Part shown: positions 1-9,823 of the stretch, piece after piece
Layout: each line of letters starts with the position of its first letter
Position numbering within the stretch: position 1 is the stretch's first letter
Made by a program: the position numbers and the translations under genes
Assembly: GCA_045127235.1 (NCBI GenBank)
Contig: JBGVPY010000022.1
Coordinates: 102,889 to 166,888 of the forward strand
Direction of reading: 5' to 3'
DNA: 64,000 nt
Source of the DNA: Eubacteriales bacterium
Lineage (GTDB): Bacteria > Bacillota > Clostridia > Oscillospirales > CAG-272
Notes under the pieces: generated by a model
Databases searched by the model: none
The model's input: only the letters and a program-made list of their open reading frames with translations
Told to the model about the DNA's origin: nothing

Positions 1-201
1 TATTTGCCAGGTCTTGACGGACTTCCAAAAGCTGATGTACTTAAGTTTATCTTTAAGGATTCATCATGGATTGCTATTCGTCCATCAGGCACAGAGCCAA
101 AAATCAAGGTTTACTACTCTGTAAGAGGAGAAAACAAGGATGAGGCAAAGGCAGTGCTTGATACAAGGCGTGCAATAATAAACAATTTGATAGAAGGATA
201 A
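1..201 (+). CDS. 3' end of a phosphoglucomutase/phosphomannomutase-family (alpha-D-phosphohexomutase) gene, truncated by the window edge
   Basis: Frame is open from base 1. C-terminal domain motif IRPSGTEPKIKVYY is typical of phosphohexomutases. Stop at 199-201. Confidence 0.75.
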   Translation, partial: YLPGLDGLPKADVLKFIFKDSSWIAIRPSGTEPKIKVYYSVRGENKDEAKAVLDTRRAIINNLIEG

Positions 202-212
202 AAAAGAGGTAA

Positions 213-815
213 ATGACAATGAATAATTATTCTTATGAGTTAGAAAACGATATTAACAAAAAGCCTGCTAGCGAAAATGTAATTGCAGGTATTGTGGGAG
301 CATTCCTATTTTCATTAGCTGGTGGCGCTTTATGGTTTGTACTTGGCATGATTGGAATTATAGCTTCTATAAGCGGTCTTGTGGGTGCGGTATGCGCTAT
401 TAAGGGCTACTCGGTGTTTGCTAAAAAGGAAAGCACAAAGGGTATTATTATTTCAGTAATAATTTCATTACTAGTAATGGTGCTTGCTTGGTATTTAAGC
501 TTAGGCTACGATATTTATGTAGCTTATCAGGATTGGTTTGCTGCTGGCGAGGTTGATTTCACATTAACATACTTTGAGTCTGTTCAAGCTGCTCCATTAT
601 TCCTTGAGGATGGTGAGATTGCAGTTGCTTATTTTAAGGACCTTGCATTAGGACTTCTCTTCTGCATTATCGGTGGCGGTAGCTACGTTGCTAATAAGAT
701 TAAAAATGCAAAGCTTAATGCAAACGGCGGTAATCAAAATAATGATGTTATAGAGGAAAATGATACAGATACTACAAATGAAGTAGTAGATGATATTAAT
801 GAAACAGTAGAATAA
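213..815 (+). CDS. Hypothetical multi-pass membrane protein with acidic/N-rich C-terminal tail
   Basis: 200-aa ORF with about 4 hydrophobic helices. RBS AGAGGT lies upstream; the ATG at 219 has better RBS spacing than the one at 213. No family recognised. Confidence 0.6.
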   Translation: MTMNNYSYELENDINKKPASENVIAGIVGAFLFSLAGGALWFVLGMIGIIASISGLVGAVCAIKGYSVFAKKESTKGIIISVIISLLVMVLAWYLSLGYDIYVAYQDWFAAGEVDFTLTYFESVQAAPLFLEDGEIAVAYFKDLALGLLFCIIGGGSYVANKIKNAKLNANGGNQNNDVIEENDTDTTNEVVDDINETVE

Positions 816-857
816 ATCATAAAAGCCTTGACCGTATCGGTCAAGGCTTTATGATTT
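814..857. terminator. Bidirectional rho-independent terminator between convergent genes
   Basis: Near-perfect palindrome AAATCATAAAAGCCTTGACC-gtatc-GGTCAAGGCTTTATGATTT. It overlaps both stop codons. Confidence 0.8.
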
Positions 858-3063
858 ATTGAAATTTTGATATATCAACTCCAAAGATGTGGGCGATAGC
901 ATCAAGCTTTTCCTTTTTGGATTCATCATCCTCTGTTTTTGCATATTCCTCGCCTAAAGCGTTTTCAAGCTCGGAAATATCGTTTTCGCTTAGATGCTCT
1001 CTTACATTATATGGGTCGTCAACCTCATTTCCGCTTTCATCCTTGGTTGCTATTACAATCATTGAGGAAACAAATTCGGATTCAAGTGTTGTTGAAATAA
1101 ATTCGCCTGCGGTCATTTGTGATGTGGTTTCCTTATCATCACTTGATACGAATACGTTTTTATCCTTTGCGCTATTTTCAAGTGCTGAGTCAACCGTTTG
1201 AATGATTTTACTTGCGCTTTCCGCTTCCTTGGAAAGATTTTCAGATGAAATTTCAATGCTTTCATCCTTAATCGTATCGATCATTGATGTTAAAAGTCCC
1301 GAAATTGTGTGAACATGCTCTCCCTTAACACCGATTGCTTTTAAGCTTTCCTCTGTTAAAAGATTCTTTACTGAGTCTGCATCAACTGATGTTATGTTCA
1401 TAAGAAGTGCTTCAATGGCATCGTTATAATCAAGCGCCTCGCCCTTATACATTGATAATACAAGAAGTGCGATTTTTTGTCTTGAAACAAGCATCATTTC
1501 CATGTCGCTATCATGAAGGATTGCATTTTTTATAAACTGCTCATCTAAAATACCAAGCTCACGGCAGCCCTTTGACTCTAAGACTGTTCTTAAAATAAAC
1601 TCATATGTATCACAGAAAAGGTAGCTTCGCTTAATTCCATTAAAGGCTCTACCAAGGGCGGCGAAGTCTCCAAATTTTACTATGTCTATGGTGCTTCTGC
1701 CTGAATATTCCTTTATGCTAATCATAAATGTATCAAGCTCAACTATAACATTTGATATAATTGCGCCTTCGTTTTGGACAACTGATTCTGTTAAACCGTT
1801 TATATCAACCATATGGTGCTGCTCGGTGGTTGTGCCGTTTACCTCATCATAGATGCTATAAAGATAATTTACAACTCCATTTGTGATAGCTGGAAGGATT
1901 GGGCGCGTTCTTTCGTTGCGATGAAGCTCTACTAAAATATCGCTTATTACATTTGTGTTTTCAAGAACATGCATAATATTGCCGTCCTCGCTGGTTAAAG
2001 CATAAACTACGCCATCCTCAATCGCGTATTTAGCAATTTCTGCTACTGTGCAAAGGTCTTGCTTAAAGGAAGATGGTGTTGTTTGAGCTAAAACAGTAAT
2101 AGTGCTATCAAGAGCCTCTTGCAGCTCTGTGCCGATAACAGGCTTTTCGTAGCCTAAAACTGCATTTCCGTTATTCCATTCGTTTGCAACATAAGCAAGT
2201 ACATTACTTAATAATGCAGGGACAAAATCTGCATCTAAAATAATTTCCTCTATTCTTTCAATAGAGTCTATCTGCTTATCTCCATATTCATTTATAGGCA
2301 CGCCTATAAAGTTATCTGATTCATTGTATAAATTTATAGCTGTTTCAGTTTCATGTGTTAAGGATATTCTAATATCATTAACCTTAATTGTTGTTAATGT
2401 ATCAAAAAGCTTTTTACCGCCAAAAGAATAAACCGTTTTAAAAACAGGGGTCTCTGTTGCTTCATCAACCATTTTTTCAATAGGCACAATTGCTTCCACT
2501 TGAGTGTCTTCACTCTTTAGCAAATCAAGTGTATTGCTTGCGTAATTTGCATATCCTACGATTGGCATTATTAAAACGGCAAGTGCTACTACCTTTACCA
2601 CAGCTCCAATTAAGCCTCCACCAAGCTTTAAGCCTATTCCCTTAGTGCTTGGCACAATTACGCTATTAACTATTATCTTTGGTATAAACAAAATAATGCC
2701 TAAAACAATAAAGGTAACCATAAAGATAATTGGTAACACAATAACGGTTGCTAGTGCCAAAACAAGCGCAATAGCAGTTGAATAAAGCTCTGGGGAGGAT
2801 AAATATCCGTTTACTTGATTTATAATAGTGTCATCAAGTCCTATGCTTGGTGCAACCTCAGGGAAATACTGCGCTAATGTATCAACTGTTACAACGTTTT
2901 TTGCAACTGCGGTTGCAACTAATACTGATATAAAAACATTTAATGCAAGAAAAACTAAATCGGTTAATGATTTAAATGTTCCCTTCTTAAAGCCTAAAAG
3001 AAATCCTAAGGCGGCTATAGCAATAAATGCCACCAGAATTCCTGTTGATATAGAATCTATCAT
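856..3063 (-). CDS. Large membrane protein, CvpA-like N-terminal TM region plus long soluble part with D/E-rich C-terminus; function unknown
   Basis: 735-aa ORF. The N-terminal ~170 aa holds several TM helices (MIDSISTGILVAFIAIAALGFLLGFKKG..., reminiscent of CvpA-family proteins). The remainder was not recognised. Confidence 0.5.
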   Translation of the reverse strand: MIDSISTGILVAFIAIAALGFLLGFKKGTFKSLTDLVFLALNVFISVLVATAVAKNVVTVDTLAQYFPEVAPSIGLDDTIINQVNGYLSSPELYSTAIALVLALATVIVLPIIFMVTFIVLGIILFIPKIIVNSVIVPSTKGIGLKLGGGLIGAVVKVVALAVLIMPIVGYANYASNTLDLLKSEDTQVEAIVPIEKMVDEATETPVFKTVYSFGGKKLFDTLTTIKVNDIRISLTHETETAINLYNESDNFIGVPINEYGDKQIDSIERIEEIILDADFVPALLSNVLAYVANEWNNGNAVLGYEKPVIGTELQEALDSTITVLAQTTPSSFKQDLCTVAEIAKYAIEDGVVYALTSEDGNIMHVLENTNVISDILVELHRNERTRPILPAITNGVVNYLYSIYDEVNGTTTEQHHMVDINGLTESVVQNEGAIISNVIVELDTFMISIKEYSGRSTIDIVKFGDFAALGRAFNGIKRSYLFCDTYEFILRTVLESKGCRELGILDEQFIKNAILHDSDMEMMLVSRQKIALLVLSMYKGEALDYNDAIEALLMNITSVDADSVKNLLTEESLKAIGVKGEHVHTISGLLTSMIDTIKDESIEISSENLSKEAESASKIIQTVDSALENSAKDKNVFVSSDDKETTSQMTAGEFISTTLESEFVSSMIVIATKDESGNEVDDPYNVREHLSENDISELENALGEEYAKTEDDESKKEKLDAIAHIFGVDISKFQ

Positions 3064-3268
3064 TATTTTCTCTCCTAATTGACATGATTAAATAGATATA
3101 TAAAGTACATACACATTTATAATAACACAGAAAAATATATTTTTCAATATTATAGGCAAAATTTAGTTAAGACAATTATATTTTCCTACTGATAAAATAT
3201 TTGCGTATAAATTTTAAAATGTGACAAACACTATTAAGGCACAAGAAATTGTTATAAAGGAGATTTTT

Positions 3269-3814
3269 ATGAAGGCTACGGGTATTGTTCGTAGAATTGA
3301 TGATTTAGGTAGAGTTGTTATACCGAAGGAAATAAGACGCACACTAAGAATAAGAGATGGAGCGCCGCTTGAAATTTTCACAAATAAAGAGGGAGAGGTT
3401 ATTTTTAAGAAATACTCTCCTATTGGGGAATTTGCTTCATTTGCAGGTCAATATGTTGAAACGCTTAACCGTACATGCGGAATGAGCGTTGTGGTAACTG
3501 ATAGAGATAGCGTTATCGTTACAGCGGGTGTTTCAAAAAGAGAGTATGCTGACAAAAAGGTTAGTGAGGAATATGAGTCTATAATGGATCAACGAGCATT
3601 ATATTACCTAAAAAATGATGCTGAAAAAATTTATGCATGTGATGGAGCTACGGGATATGTAAAATATGCTATGCCTATTATATCTGAGGGAGATATTATT
3701 GGCTCTGTTGCGATGATTTCCACCGATGAGCATACAATTACCGATACAGAGAGCGCAGAATGTAAGCTTATACAAGCGGCTTCATCATTTTTGGGAAAGC
3801 AATTTGAGGGTTAA
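3269..3814 (+). CDS. spoVT: Stage V sporulation protein T (AbrB-type N-terminal DNA-binding domain + GAF-like C-terminal domain)
   Basis: MKATGIVRRIDDLGRVVIPKEIRRTLRIRDGAPLEIF is the SpoVT/AbrB swapped-hairpin motif. Length is 181 aa. RBS AAAGGAG lies 7 nt upstream of the ATG at 3269, so the track start at 3221 is an upstream extension. Confidence 0.85.
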   Translation: MKATGIVRRIDDLGRVVIPKEIRRTLRIRDGAPLEIFTNKEGEVIFKKYSPIGEFASFAGQYVETLNRTCGMSVVVTDRDSVIVTAGVSKREYADKKVSEEYESIMDQRALYYLKNDAEKIYACDGATGYVKYAMPIISEGDIIGSVAMISTDEHTITDTESAECKLIQAASSFLGKQFEG

Positions 3815-3821
3815 TAAAAAC

Positions 3822-3852
3822 GCACACTATTGTGAGAATAGTGTGCATTTTT
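3822..3852 (+). terminator. Rho-independent terminator of spoVT
   Basis: GCACACTATT-gtgag-AATAGTGTGC followed by a T-run. Confidence 0.8.
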
Positions 3853-3880
3853 ATATTGAAGTTTCATAAAATTTATGGTA

Positions 3881-4444
3881 TTATAAATTGAAGTAATTAA
3901 GTATGCCGTTATAAATGCCTCTTGCAAAAAGAGATGGATTATTTGACATAATTGCGGCTTCCTGTGGATTGGAGATAAAGCCAAGCTCCACTAAGATGGC
4001 AGGCATATTTGTTTTTCTTAAAACATAAAGTCCCGGTCTTTGCTTTACGCCTCTGTTTGGGAAGCCTGAGGCATCAACAACGCCCTGTAAAACATCCTCG
4101 GCTAAATTGGTGGCTACTGAGGGAGAGCGATAAACTAGCACCTCTGTGCCTGTGGCATTTGGAGATACTGATGCATTTGTATGTATGCTTACAAAATAGT
4201 CTGCTCCCCAGCTATTTGCATCATTTACTCTTGCACTTAAGCTTGATGAATTTGATGTGCCAAGCTGTGTTCCTCGGGTGGGGCGAGATAGCTTTGCTTC
4301 AAAATTGGGATTTTGGTTTAATAGTTCATATAGGCGCATGCCTACCTCGTAGGATATATCCTGCTCTCTTACTCCGTTGCCCTCTGCTCCTGTGTTGGGT
4401 GGGCTTGGGTTGTGTCCTTGGTCTATGTAAATTTTTATAGCCAT
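3881..4444 (-). CDS. N-acetylmuramoyl-L-alanine amidase (Amidase_3 family), catalytic domain only, no signal peptide
   Basis: YIDQGHN...GAEG, FVSIHTNA and PAILVELGFISNPQEA are Amidase_3 zinc/active-site blocks. RBS AAGGAG lies 5 nt upstream. Confidence 0.8.
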   Translation of the reverse strand: MAIKIYIDQGHNPSPPNTGAEGNGVREQDISYEVGMRLYELLNQNPNFEAKLSRPTRGTQLGTSNSSSLSARVNDANSWGADYFVSIHTNASVSPNATGTEVLVYRSPSVATNLAEDVLQGVVDASGFPNRGVKQRPGLYVLRKTNMPAILVELGFISNPQEAAIMSNNPSLFARGIYNGILNYFNL

Positions 4445-4503
4445 ATATGCTCCTTAAAAATAGACTTTATAATATTTTATGTGATTTTTTATTTGAGGTT
4501 ACT

Positions 4504-5301
4504 ATGATAGAATTTAGCAGTATTGAAAAAATCCTCAGCCACACAAGAAAGGCGGTTGAGGAATATAATATGATTTGCGATGGGGACAGAATTGCCGTTG
4601 GTGTTTCGGGCGGCAAGGATTCCCTTGCGCTTCTTTGCGCTCTTGCAAAGCTAAAAAGAGTTATAGGTATTGATTATACTGTTGTTGCCCTTACCATTGA
4701 CATGGGTATTGAGGGAATGGATTTTTTGCCTATAAAAAAGCTTTGTGATGACCTTGAAATTGAATATAAGGTTGTTAAGACAGAGATTTATGAAATTATT
4801 TTTAATGTGCGTAAGGAAGCATCCCCTTGCTCCCTTTGTGCAAGAATGAGGCGTGGTGCTTTGCATGATGCGTGTATTGAGCTTGGATGCAATAAAATTG
4901 CTCTCGGTCATCATTTTGATGATGTTATTGAGACATTTATGCTAAATCTTTTCTTTGAGGGCAGAATTGGTGCATTCTCTCCTGTTACATACCTTTCAAG
5001 AAAGGATATTACGATGATAAGACCGCTTATTTACACTCACGAAAAGGAAATTAAAGCATTTGCAAAAAGTGCGAATTTACCTGTGGTGGAAAGTAAGTGT
5101 CCTGCTGATGGAAATACTGAAAGAGCAAAAATGAAGGACTACCTTGCTTTATTTGACAAGGAGCATTCGGGACTTTATTACAGAATAATGGGCGCTATTC
5201 AGCGTGGAGAGGTTGATGGATTTCATCCTGATTATCTTGACAGTGCTGAAAAGAAAAGGCGCAAGGAAGAAAGACAGAAAAAGCAAAATGATAATAATTA
5301 A
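4504..5301 (+). CDS. ttcA: PP-loop ATPase of the TtcA (tRNA 2-thiocytidine synthesis) family
   Basis: PP-loop SGGKDS, then CSLCARMRRG and GHHFDD blocks. RBS GAGG precedes the ATG at 4504 (track start 4447 is also possible). Confidence 0.7.
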   Translation: MIEFSSIEKILSHTRKAVEEYNMICDGDRIAVGVSGGKDSLALLCALAKLKRVIGIDYTVVALTIDMGIEGMDFLPIKKLCDDLEIEYKVVKTEIYEIIFNVRKEASPCSLCARMRRGALHDACIELGCNKIALGHHFDDVIETFMLNLFFEGRIGAFSPVTYLSRKDITMIRPLIYTHEKEIKAFAKSANLPVVESKCPADGNTERAKMKDYLALFDKEHSGLYYRIMGAIQRGEVDGFHPDYLDSAEKKRRKEERQKKQNDNN

Positions 5302-5344
5302 AAAAGGTGCATAAGGACATTTTAATAATTTTTACAGACTATAT

Positions 5345-5375
5345 AAAAGGCTAACGAAAATTTCGTTAGCCTTTT
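5345..5375 (+). terminator. Rho-independent terminator after the ttcA-like gene
   Basis: AAAAGGCTAACGAAA-att-TTCGTTAGCCTTTT hairpin. Confidence 0.75.
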
Positions 5376-5470
5376 CACTTTGCTTGTAAAAACATGCAGT
5401 TTAACTTTGTTAAGTATAGTATGCTATGCTTTAAAATTTACCACAATGGTTAGCAGTTTGATTTATTTAA

Positions 5471-6910
5471 TTAAAATAATTCGCTAAAATCTTTAGCACT
5501 AGTAACTATATAATATTTACTATCAAAGTAAAAATGGGTAGCATCATAAACAATAATTTCACCTATCTTACCATTAAGAGTTATAGGATATAAAACATCT
5601 GAATAATTAAAGTCTTGTTCTCTATCTCTTATAAATTCCAAACCTTTTATATCAAAAGTAACTTCTTGATTATCTTTATCAGTTATAATACTATCATTAC
5701 AATTAAAACAAGCCACAGCAAGTGCACTTGACCATGAAGGCGATTTACTACAAGAATACCATTTACCATTATAATAGAACATATCACATTCAAAATGTGC
5801 TAGGATTCCTATGTTCTTTCCTGTTTTATCTCTAATTTCAATTTCCCATCTTACATGAAAATTATCTAAATCAGTAGGTGGTTGATCACTTTCAATTAGT
5901 ATACAATCTTCTCGAAAAAGTGAATTAAACCAAAAACTTATCGTATCGGATTCATTTACATAAAGTATTTCATCGAATTTGTAATTTGAAGCTGGTGTAT
6001 GAATCTTAGATAATTTTATTGAAGTGTTTTCTGGATTAGAAATATAATATGAAAGTTCAGGAATTACATCTAAAAATGGTCCAATATTTATTTCTTCTAG
6101 TGGAGTTTGTTCATCAGGTGGTGTTTGTTCATCAGGTTCTTTTGGAATAGGTTCAAGATAAAACAAATTTAAAATATAATTCTTTTCAGAATTTACATAA
6201 AAATTTTTCTCGTAATAATAACATTCTCCTTCTTCAATGTTATCTAAAATAATAACCTCGTTATCAACATTTATTTTAACTGCGTTAACACCGATATTTT
6301 CTGCCATGAGATCAATTTCTTTAGAATCATCTACAAGTTTGATGTAACCTTCTGTAATAATCACATTAGCTTTTTTTATGCTGTTAGGCATATATCTTTC
6401 TTCCCAACTACGAACTTCTTCTCCCAAATATTTTAATTGATCATTATATTGTTCTTGATCAACAGATCCACCATCAAACTTTCCCCTACTTATAAATTCA
6501 TAACTTATGCCTTTATATTCAAATGCTAATGTATCTTCATAATAACCACCTGTACCAATAGCTTCTATTTTTTCTCCATTCTCAAGTGTTATATATATTG
6601 TCGTATTTTCTATACCATTATTTTTAGTTTTATAAGTACCTTTAAATTCGGGTTCGTCAAACGGTTTGAATATAAGAGTATTGTCTTCTTCAAAATCTAT
6701 ATAAGTCGTTTGTGAATGCATACCATTGATATTCCAATAGCCAATACCATGCCCTATCACTGTTTTTAGTGTATTTCCGTTAATATAAGTTACATCCTTA
6801 TATACGTGATTAATTGCCCAAGAAAATTCATGAGGAACAATTGTACAAGATGTAAGAATAGTAATTAAGGAAAGCAATATAAACAATAAAATAAATTTTG
6901 TTTTCTTCAT
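5471..6910 (-). CDS. Hypothetical lipoprotein
   Basis: 479-aa ORF. Signal peptide with lipobox LTSC (MKKTKFILLFILLSLITILTSC). No family recognised. Confidence 0.7.
   Translation of the reverse strand: MKKTKFILLFILLSLITILTSCTIVPHEFSWAINHVYKDVTYINGNTLKTVIGHGIGYWNINGMHSQTTYIDFEEDNTLIFKPFDEPEFKGTYKTKNNGIENTTIYITLENGEKIEAIGTGGYYEDTLAFEYKGISYEFISRGKFDGGSVDQEQYNDQLKYLGEEVRSWEERYMPNSIKKANVIITEGYIKLVDDSKEIDLMAENIGVNAVKINVDNEVIILDNIEEGECYYYEKNFYVNSEKNYILNLFYLEPIPKEPDEQTPPDEQTPLEEINIGPFLDVIPELSYYISNPENTSIKLSKIHTPASNYKFDEILYVNESDTISFWFNSLFREDCILIESDQPPTDLDNFHVRWEIEIRDKTGKNIGILAHFECDMFYYNGKWYSCSKSPSWSSALAVACFNCNDSIITDKDNQEVTFDIKGLEFIRDREQDFNYSDVLYPITLNGKIGEIIVYDATHFYFDSKYYIVTSAKDFSELF
6105..6140. repeat. 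Two tandem 18-nt units inside the lipoprotein gene (encode PDEQTP PDEQTP linker)
   Basis: gtttgttcatcaggtggt / gtttgttcatcaggttct, 16 of 18 nt identical. Confidence 0.9.
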
Positions 6911-7037
6911 TATAGATTTCTCCTTTTCAACTACACATTACCATAATTTAAGGTTTTTGTTGATAGAACATATATCTTAATATGTGTTTATTATACCATA
7001 AAACAAAATTCATTTCAATATTTTTAGGAATAAAGGA

Positions 7038-7063
7038 AAACTCGACTTGCAAAAGTCGAGTTT
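7038..7063 (-). terminator. Rho-independent terminator downstream of the GH2 gene
   Basis: AAACTCGACTT-gcaa-AAGTCGAGTTT, with a T-rich tract on the minus strand. Confidence 0.7.
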
Positions 7064-7101
7064 ATAAAATTATTTAGTTAAAATCCTTAGCTAAGTGCTT
7101 T

Positions 7102-9222
7102 TTAGTTTGCATATATTCCGTAAATTAGGATTTTGTAGTTGTCGTTAAGAGGGGAGATTGTAATTTTTTCAATTTCCTTATTTTCTACACTGATATCTAA
7201 TTTATTTATGATATATTCCTCAAAATTTTTATCGTAGGAAAAGCTTGCAAAGCGCGTAGCGTTTTCGCACACGGGATTTATTCTTGATGAGCCTACCGAG
7301 GTATATGCTAAGGTAAAATCAATTCCGTTTTTTAAAATATGCTTAGCTGTTGATTTATCCTTATAATATATGGTTAGCTCCGCCCCTATTTCTCCATATT
7401 CTCCGCTTAATGGATAGCCGCATTTTACGCTTGTCATACCTAAGATTGATATTTTATCTGTAGTTATGCTGCCGTTAAATGTAAGCTCTCTATCAACCAC
7501 ATACGGTGTTTTTGAAATATGACTTATTTCTTCATTCTGCAACACAGGTCCTACTGAAATTTGCTTTTTGCGTGTTTTGGCAAGGCGTGTGTATGGTGGA
7601 TTTTTGCACATATCAATTAGGTCAGTATAGCTTGCTTCATCTTGGCATTTAAAGTATGATTTTTTACTATATGGAATTAGTTGCTCATATTCGTACTTGC
7701 TAATATCGGATTTTTCCTCATCCATTTCTTTAAGTGCTTGGCAGAATGCATCATATATAAGAGTTGGCTTTCTGTTTATATCAACAAGCGCTTCCTTTAA
7801 TACTCCATCAACACAGGCTGCGCCTCCTCGGTTGCAATCGTATATTTCTGCAAAATACCAAAAGCTCTCGCCAGCTAAGTTGCCCACTTTATAAAGCTCA
7901 TACATTTCTAAAAGGAAATCCTTTATAAGATGTGGGTTGTCGTAAACATAGTATCCGCCCCACTCTGTAAACATAAGTGGCTTTCCTTTTAAAATCTCTG
8001 CGCTTTTTCTTGCTTTTTCAAATGTTTCGTAATATGGATGCATTGTATAAAAGTCAAGATTGCAAAGATTGTAATACTTTAAGGTATCCTCATCGGACAT
8101 ATTATTTGCGCCTGAAACGAGCCTTGATGTGTCGTTATTTCTGCATATCTCAACGGATTTATTTAGAAATTCCTCATTAAAATCGCACTCGTTAAAGCAT
8201 AGCCAAAATATTATGCTTGGGTGGTTTCTGTCTCTTATTACTGTTCTTCTTAAAACCTCAAGGCAATCACTGACAACATGGGGATTTGAGGTATCTGACT
8301 GCCATAGTCCCGGCTCTTCACAGCACATAAGTCCTATTTGGTCGCAGTATTCAAGCACTCTTTTATTGTGCGGATAATGGACTAATCTAACAAAGTTACA
8401 GCCCATTTCCTTTATCATATCCAAGTCTTTTTTGATAAATTCTTCTTTTACTGTATGACCGCAATCTCCGTACATTTCGTGCTTACATACGCCCTTTAGG
8501 AAAATTGGATTTCCGTTTAGGTAAAATCTTTCATCATCGCATTTAAACTCTCTTATGCCTACCTTTTCTTCATAAGTGTCAACTATCTCGTTATCTACAA
8601 GAAGGTTGATTTTAAGGTTATAGAGGTTTGGAGAGCTTGGCGACCATAGATGTGCATTTTTTATTGTTCTTTCTTGCTTTTTTCCAATTTTACAGCTATA
8701 TGTGTCAATAATTTCATTATTATATGACAATTCAATAAGTAATTCGCCCTTGTCGTTTTTTGTATTTGCCTCTACGGTATAAACCGCATCAATGTAATTA
8801 TTTGTAGGATTTGCAAGAAAAATTGGATTTATAATATAATTTTGTTTTTTATAAATTAAAGACACATCACGGATAATTCCACCGTAATTTTCCCATCCCT
8901 CACTTGGTCCAAATTGTGCATTTATGTCCTCAATCAAAACTAAAAGCTCGTTGTTTTTCTCTTTGGCTAGTTTAGATATATCGAAGGTATATTCGCTATA
9001 CGGAAGCATTTTGCCAAGGTAAGTGTCGTTTAAATACACATCTGCATTATATGTAATTCCATCAAATTGAAGAAGTACTGTGTCGCTTGTGCTTTCTAAA
9101 TCAAAAAATCTTCTACATTCTGAATGTCCTACGCATAGATGTGAAAAGGGAACGGATATTTCAGTTTCCTTTCCTTTGCCTATACGATATTTCCAAATAC
9201 CGTTAAGAGTCTGCTTTTTCAC
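7102..9222 (-). CDS. Glycoside hydrolase family 2 (beta-galactosidase/beta-glucuronidase-like), cytoplasmic
   Basis: GH2 TIM-barrel blocks NHPSIIFWLCFNE (acid/base region) and PLMFTEWGG (nucleophile region). GTG start with AAGGAG RBS. No signal peptide. Confidence 0.75.
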   Translation of the reverse strand: MKKQTLNGIWKYRIGKGKETEISVPFSHLCVGHSECRRFFDLESTSDTVLLQFDGITYNADVYLNDTYLGKMLPYSEYTFDISKLAKEKNNELLVLIEDINAQFGPSEGWENYGGIIRDVSLIYKKQNYIINPIFLANPTNNYIDAVYTVEANTKNDKGELLIELSYNNEIIDTYSCKIGKKQERTIKNAHLWSPSSPNLYNLKINLLVDNEIVDTYEEKVGIREFKCDDERFYLNGNPIFLKGVCKHEMYGDCGHTVKEEFIKKDLDMIKEMGCNFVRLVHYPHNKRVLEYCDQIGLMCCEEPGLWQSDTSNPHVVSDCLEVLRRTVIRDRNHPSIIFWLCFNECDFNEEFLNKSVEICRNNDTSRLVSGANNMSDEDTLKYYNLCNLDFYTMHPYYETFEKARKSAEILKGKPLMFTEWGGYYVYDNPHLIKDFLLEMYELYKVGNLAGESFWYFAEIYDCNRGGAACVDGVLKEALVDINRKPTLIYDAFCQALKEMDEEKSDISKYEYEQLIPYSKKSYFKCQDEASYTDLIDMCKNPPYTRLAKTRKKQISVGPVLQNEEISHISKTPYVVDRELTFNGSITTDKISILGMTSVKCGYPLSGEYGEIGAELTIYYKDKSTAKHILKNGIDFTLAYTSVGSSRINPVCENATRFASFSYDKNFEEYIINKLDISVENKEIEKITISPLNDNYKILIYGIYAN

Positions 9223-9769
9223 TTTCTTGCTCCTTTTTTAAGTCAAAACGAATAATGCCTATTATTATTGAAATGAGGTTTAAAATCTCGCTTAAAATAG
9301 CGCCGATTGAGAAGCAGAAGCAGTTATATATAAGCCACATAGGAGAGCTAAATACACCGAAACGTCTTATATCCTTGGCTCTTGTGAAGCGATAGCTAAT
9401 TGTTGCTAAAATCATTGCTATAACCGGTAAAAGCTCTATAATGAAGTTCTTTAATATTGGGTCTTTTCCAAACACGGTAAACACCAAGGGATATGTGATT
9501 ACAAATGCTATAATAAAGAATACGAGCCATGCTGGATGCTCTGCCTTTAGCTTTTCACGGTTAATAAAAACTATTGCTCTTATAACACCAATTATGTTTA
9601 AGAGTGCGCCCATGTATGCACCTAGCATTAAATAGTTTATTCCAAAAAGTGCAGCTGAGAAAAATTGGAATGCTACTACTCTTTTTTGTTCCTTTTGTTG
9701 GAACGATAGGAAGTTGGCTATCATACCTAAAATGCCTACTCCCTGTGCTATAATTTCTATTGTATCCAT
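9203..9769 (-). CDS. YgjV-family inner-membrane protein
   Basis: About 6 TM helices; ILGMIANFLSFQQKEQKRVVAFQFFSAALFGINYLMLGA resembles YgjV-family proteins. Internal ATG at 9769 has an AGGA RBS. The 3' end overlaps the GH2 start by 20 nt. Confidence 0.55.
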   Translation of the reverse strand: MDTIEIIAQGVGILGMIANFLSFQQKEQKRVVAFQFFSAALFGINYLMLGAYMGALLNIIGVIRAIVFINREKLKAEHPAWLVFFIIAFVITYPLVFTVFGKDPILKNFIIELLPVIAMILATISYRFTRAKDIRRFGVFSSPMWLIYNCFCFSIGAILSEILNLISIIIGIIRFDLKKEQESEKADS

Positions 9770-9823
9770 AAATATTCCTACTTTACATCTAATAAGCCTC
9801 CTGCTAAGCAAGAGGCTTACTGA

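Noticed and set aside
887-1201. Antisense or overlapping ORFs in the six-frame track: 887-1201, 2828-3082, 4009-4440, 4651-4914, 11565-12086, 15567-15863, 33251-34027, 35494-35829, 39964-40365, 48827-49249, 55325-55846, 62027-62428, 63257-63541 and others.
   Set aside because: Each lies entirely within, and opposite or out of frame to, a longer ORF with clear family motifs and an RBS. Their products are low-complexity or S/L/C-rich shadow translations with no RBS. I treat them as non-coding.
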